Positions 62,109-64,000 of a stretch of DNA of 64,000 bases are shown here, piece by piece. Origin of the DNA: an uncultured Verrucomicrobiae bacterium (lineage in GTDB: Bacteria; Verrucomicrobiota; Verrucomicrobiia; Chthoniobacterales; Terrimicrobiaceae); the NCBI GenBank assembly GCA_963706955.1, contig CAVPOC010000008.1:480001-544000 (forward strand). The letters run 5' to 3'. The notes beneath the pieces were generated by a model. It did not search any database. It was not told the origin of the DNA and saw only the letters and a program-made list of their open reading frames with translations. The position numbers were made by a program, and so were the translations under genes. The first letter of the stretch is position 1. Every line of letters starts with the position of its first letter.

Positions 62109-63220
62109 GGGTCAGTCATGGTTTATTGATAGCTATAAGGAGTTGGCTCCGAAGTCTGGTCTGCAAGCCGCCAGCCTTGAGTAGTCGGGCTTGCCTGATG
62201 AGGCGGCAACAGTGGGATCGATCTCCCATGGCCAGGGTGTCGCGAATCCAGTCAAGGCGCATAACGGTGTGGCTTTGCACAAGCTCGGCGAGGACGGCCT
62301 TTCTCCAATCGCCCTTTGGAGCGCCACGAAGTTGCGTGAGCGAGATACCCAGCTTGCGGCATCCGGCCGAAATGATCCTCTGAGCCTTCTCAAGGCCATG
62401 ATCCTTGATTTCGGCTCCATGGTAACCGTCCTCCCGACGCCGGGTCCCGGGTGTTGTCTTCCTTGCCAGCAAGCCAAGCATTTTCTCGCGAAATGCCTGT
62501 GATCCAAAAAGCCAGCCTCGTCGCAAAGCGCTCTGGATGGCCAGCTCGGCTCTTGCCTCTTCCTCGGAAAACGACAGGCCGGCCATCGAGGGTTTGCGCC
62601 AGTCCACGCGCCTTTCCAGCATTCTAAGAAACTCGCGGCGGCCGGCGGCACTATCCTTGCAGCCCGTCACCGAGAATCCCATCGCGGTCTCCATCCACGG
62701 CGGTCGCTTGCTCGGCCAGCCGAGATAGGCCCGCAGGCTGCTCCAGGCAAAAGCTTCCAGCCCGTCAGGATCGCCGACCAATCTGCTTCGCACCGGGTTG
62801 AGGTGGATATAGTCCAGTAAAGCCCAAAAGCAGTTTCCGGGCTCCACCAGGATCGCTTTGTAGCGCCCACCAAAAAGGTGACCCCACCACCGATGTCGGG
62901 TGTTGATTCGCCTGGTATAGGCGTTCTGCAGCCAGCCCATCCCTCGGGAGAGATTGGCTTCGGGCGTTTCCAGCAGCAGGTGATAGTGGTTGCGCATGAG
63001 CACCCAGGCGTGAACCCGGAAGCCAGAACGCCCGCAGCCCTCTCCCAGTGTCCGCACGAAGGTATCTCGGTCTTCGTCATCCTTAACAATCGGCTCCCTT
63101 CTGTCCCCGCGCGCCATCACATGATAGATGGCCCCAGGAAACTCGATCCGAATCTGCCGCGCCATCGCCGACGACTATCGACCGCTTGCTCGCAAAATGT
63201 CAAGAAACCATGACTGACCC
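62109..63220 (-). mobile_element. RAYT-like element bounded by 23-bp inverted repeats (21/23)
   Basis: gggtcagtcatggtttattgata (62109-62131) and tgtcaagaaaccatgactgaccc (63198-63220). Confidence 0.85.
62116..63165 (-). CDS. REP-associated tyrosine transposase-like (Y1 HUH) protein
   Basis: YHVMARG, MRNHYHLL (HUH), GHLFGGRYKA, YIHLNPVR and WSS. Confidence 0.92.
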   Translation of the reverse strand: MARQIRIEFPGAIYHVMARGDRREPIVKDDEDRDTFVRTLGEGCGRSGFRVHAWVLMRNHYHLLLETPEANLSRGMGWLQNAYTRRINTRHRWWGHLFGGRYKAILVEPGNCFWALLDYIHLNPVRSRLVGDPDGLEAFAWSSLRAYLGWPSKRPPWMETAMGFSVTGCKDSAAGRREFLRMLERRVDWRKPSMAGLSFSEEEARAELAIQSALRRGWLFGSQAFREKMLGLLARKTTPGTRRREDGYHGAEIKDHGLEKAQRIISAGCRKLGISLTQLRGAPKGDWRKAVLAELVQSHTVMRLDWIRDTLAMGDRSHCCRLIRQARLLKAGGLQTRLRSQLLIAINKP

Positions 63221-63317
63221 GTTTTCGTTGACCCGTTTTCGTTAAACACCGTTTTCGGAAACAGATTGACAATTTCCGTGCCGTCCTCAGTCTCGGCGAA
63301 GTTACCGGGCCAAGGTC

Positions 63318-63995
63318 ATGAGTACAGTCAGTCGTCCGCCGGAGCCACCGTTCAACGCGGCGGAATTGACCATGCTCGCCCATCTGTATCGAGGCGAGAT
63401 GTACCGCAGCAAGGTCTGGCGCACGCGACTGGACGCGACGACCAACTGGGCTGTAGTGACCACCGGCGTGGCGGTCTCGGTTGCCTTTAGTAGCCCCGGG
63501 AGTTCACCTCTCCCTCTCGTTCTGGTCGTGCTGTTGGATCTGGTGTTCCTTGCCATGGAAGCCCGTCGCTATCGGTATTTCGACATCTGGCGCACGCGCG
63601 TGCGCATGATGGAAGTTTCCATGTACAGCCCACTTCTCCGGCTCAAAGGGGTTCGCGTTGACGACGGCTGGAACGAGGCACTGGCTCTCGACTACGAGGA
63701 GCCTCACTTTAACATCAGCATGTGGGAAGCATTGGGACGCCGCTTGCGACGCAACTACTCTTTCCTGTTTTTGATTCAAGGGGTGAGCTACGTTGCCAAA
63801 ATATGCATTCACCCAACGCCGGTCACGGCGCTCGAGCAACTGTGGGCGCGCGCGGCAGTTGGCCCGGTTCCTGGCGAGATCGTGTTGATCATAGGCTTTG
63901 TTTTCCACGCCGGATTGATCGCGCTGGCGCTTCTCACCCTAAGAGGACAGCTCGCAGCCGGGCGTGTCAAGGAACGAGGCGCTCGCTCGCAATGA
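63318..63995 (+). CDS. DUF2270 domain membrane protein
   Basis: HLYRGEMYRS..WRTRLD.TTNWAV, EARRYR and RRLRRNY. Confidence 0.9.
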   Translation: MSTVSRPPEPPFNAAELTMLAHLYRGEMYRSKVWRTRLDATTNWAVVTTGVAVSVAFSSPGSSPLPLVLVVLLDLVFLAMEARRYRYFDIWRTRVRMMEVSMYSPLLRLKGVRVDDGWNEALALDYEEPHFNISMWEALGRRLRRNYSFLFLIQGVSYVAKICIHPTPVTALEQLWARAAVGPVPGEIVLIIGFVFHAGLIALALLTLRGQLAAGRVKERGARSQ

Positions 63996-64000
63996 CTGCC

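Noticed and set aside
1..64000. CRISPR array or cas genes
   Set aside because: No regularly spaced direct repeats with unique spacers and no Cas-like ORF were seen.

Overview
Bacterial chromosomal window. Gene content and repeat types suggest Verrucomicrobiota (inference). Many single-base frameshifts in otherwise intact genes look like long-read errors. (1) 0.8-19 kb is an accessory zone upstream of tRNA-Leu(TAA). It carries two displaced copies of the tRNA 5' half, remnants of a RAYT-like Y1 transposase element, orphan genes, several gene fragments, and an ECF sigma/anti-sigma cluster with four matching promoters. (2) 19-29 kb is a sugar-utilisation cluster: ABC transporter, Gfo/Idh/MocA oxidoreductase, TIM-barrel isomerase, two AraC paralogs and a GH3 hydrolase. 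(3) 29.6-49.5 kb is mostly core: an SPFH pair, cca, sdhCAB with a four-helix-bundle gene framed by inverted heptamer repeats between sdhA and sdhB, LMF, gluQ, GH13, a CPA1 antiporter, csbD and yihY. (4) 50-64 kb is accessory again: DUF899, an IS5-type MITE, nitroreductase, a tmRNA-like 3' remnant, an MFS / ECF sigma / kinase-STAND-TPR module with a collapsed duplicate, an intact RAYT-like transposase with inverted repeats, and DUF2270. The best candidates for under-described systems are the heptamer-framed four-helix-bundle insert, the GGGTCAG-ended RAYT elements with intervening orphan genes, and serial integration that duplicates the tRNA 5' half.
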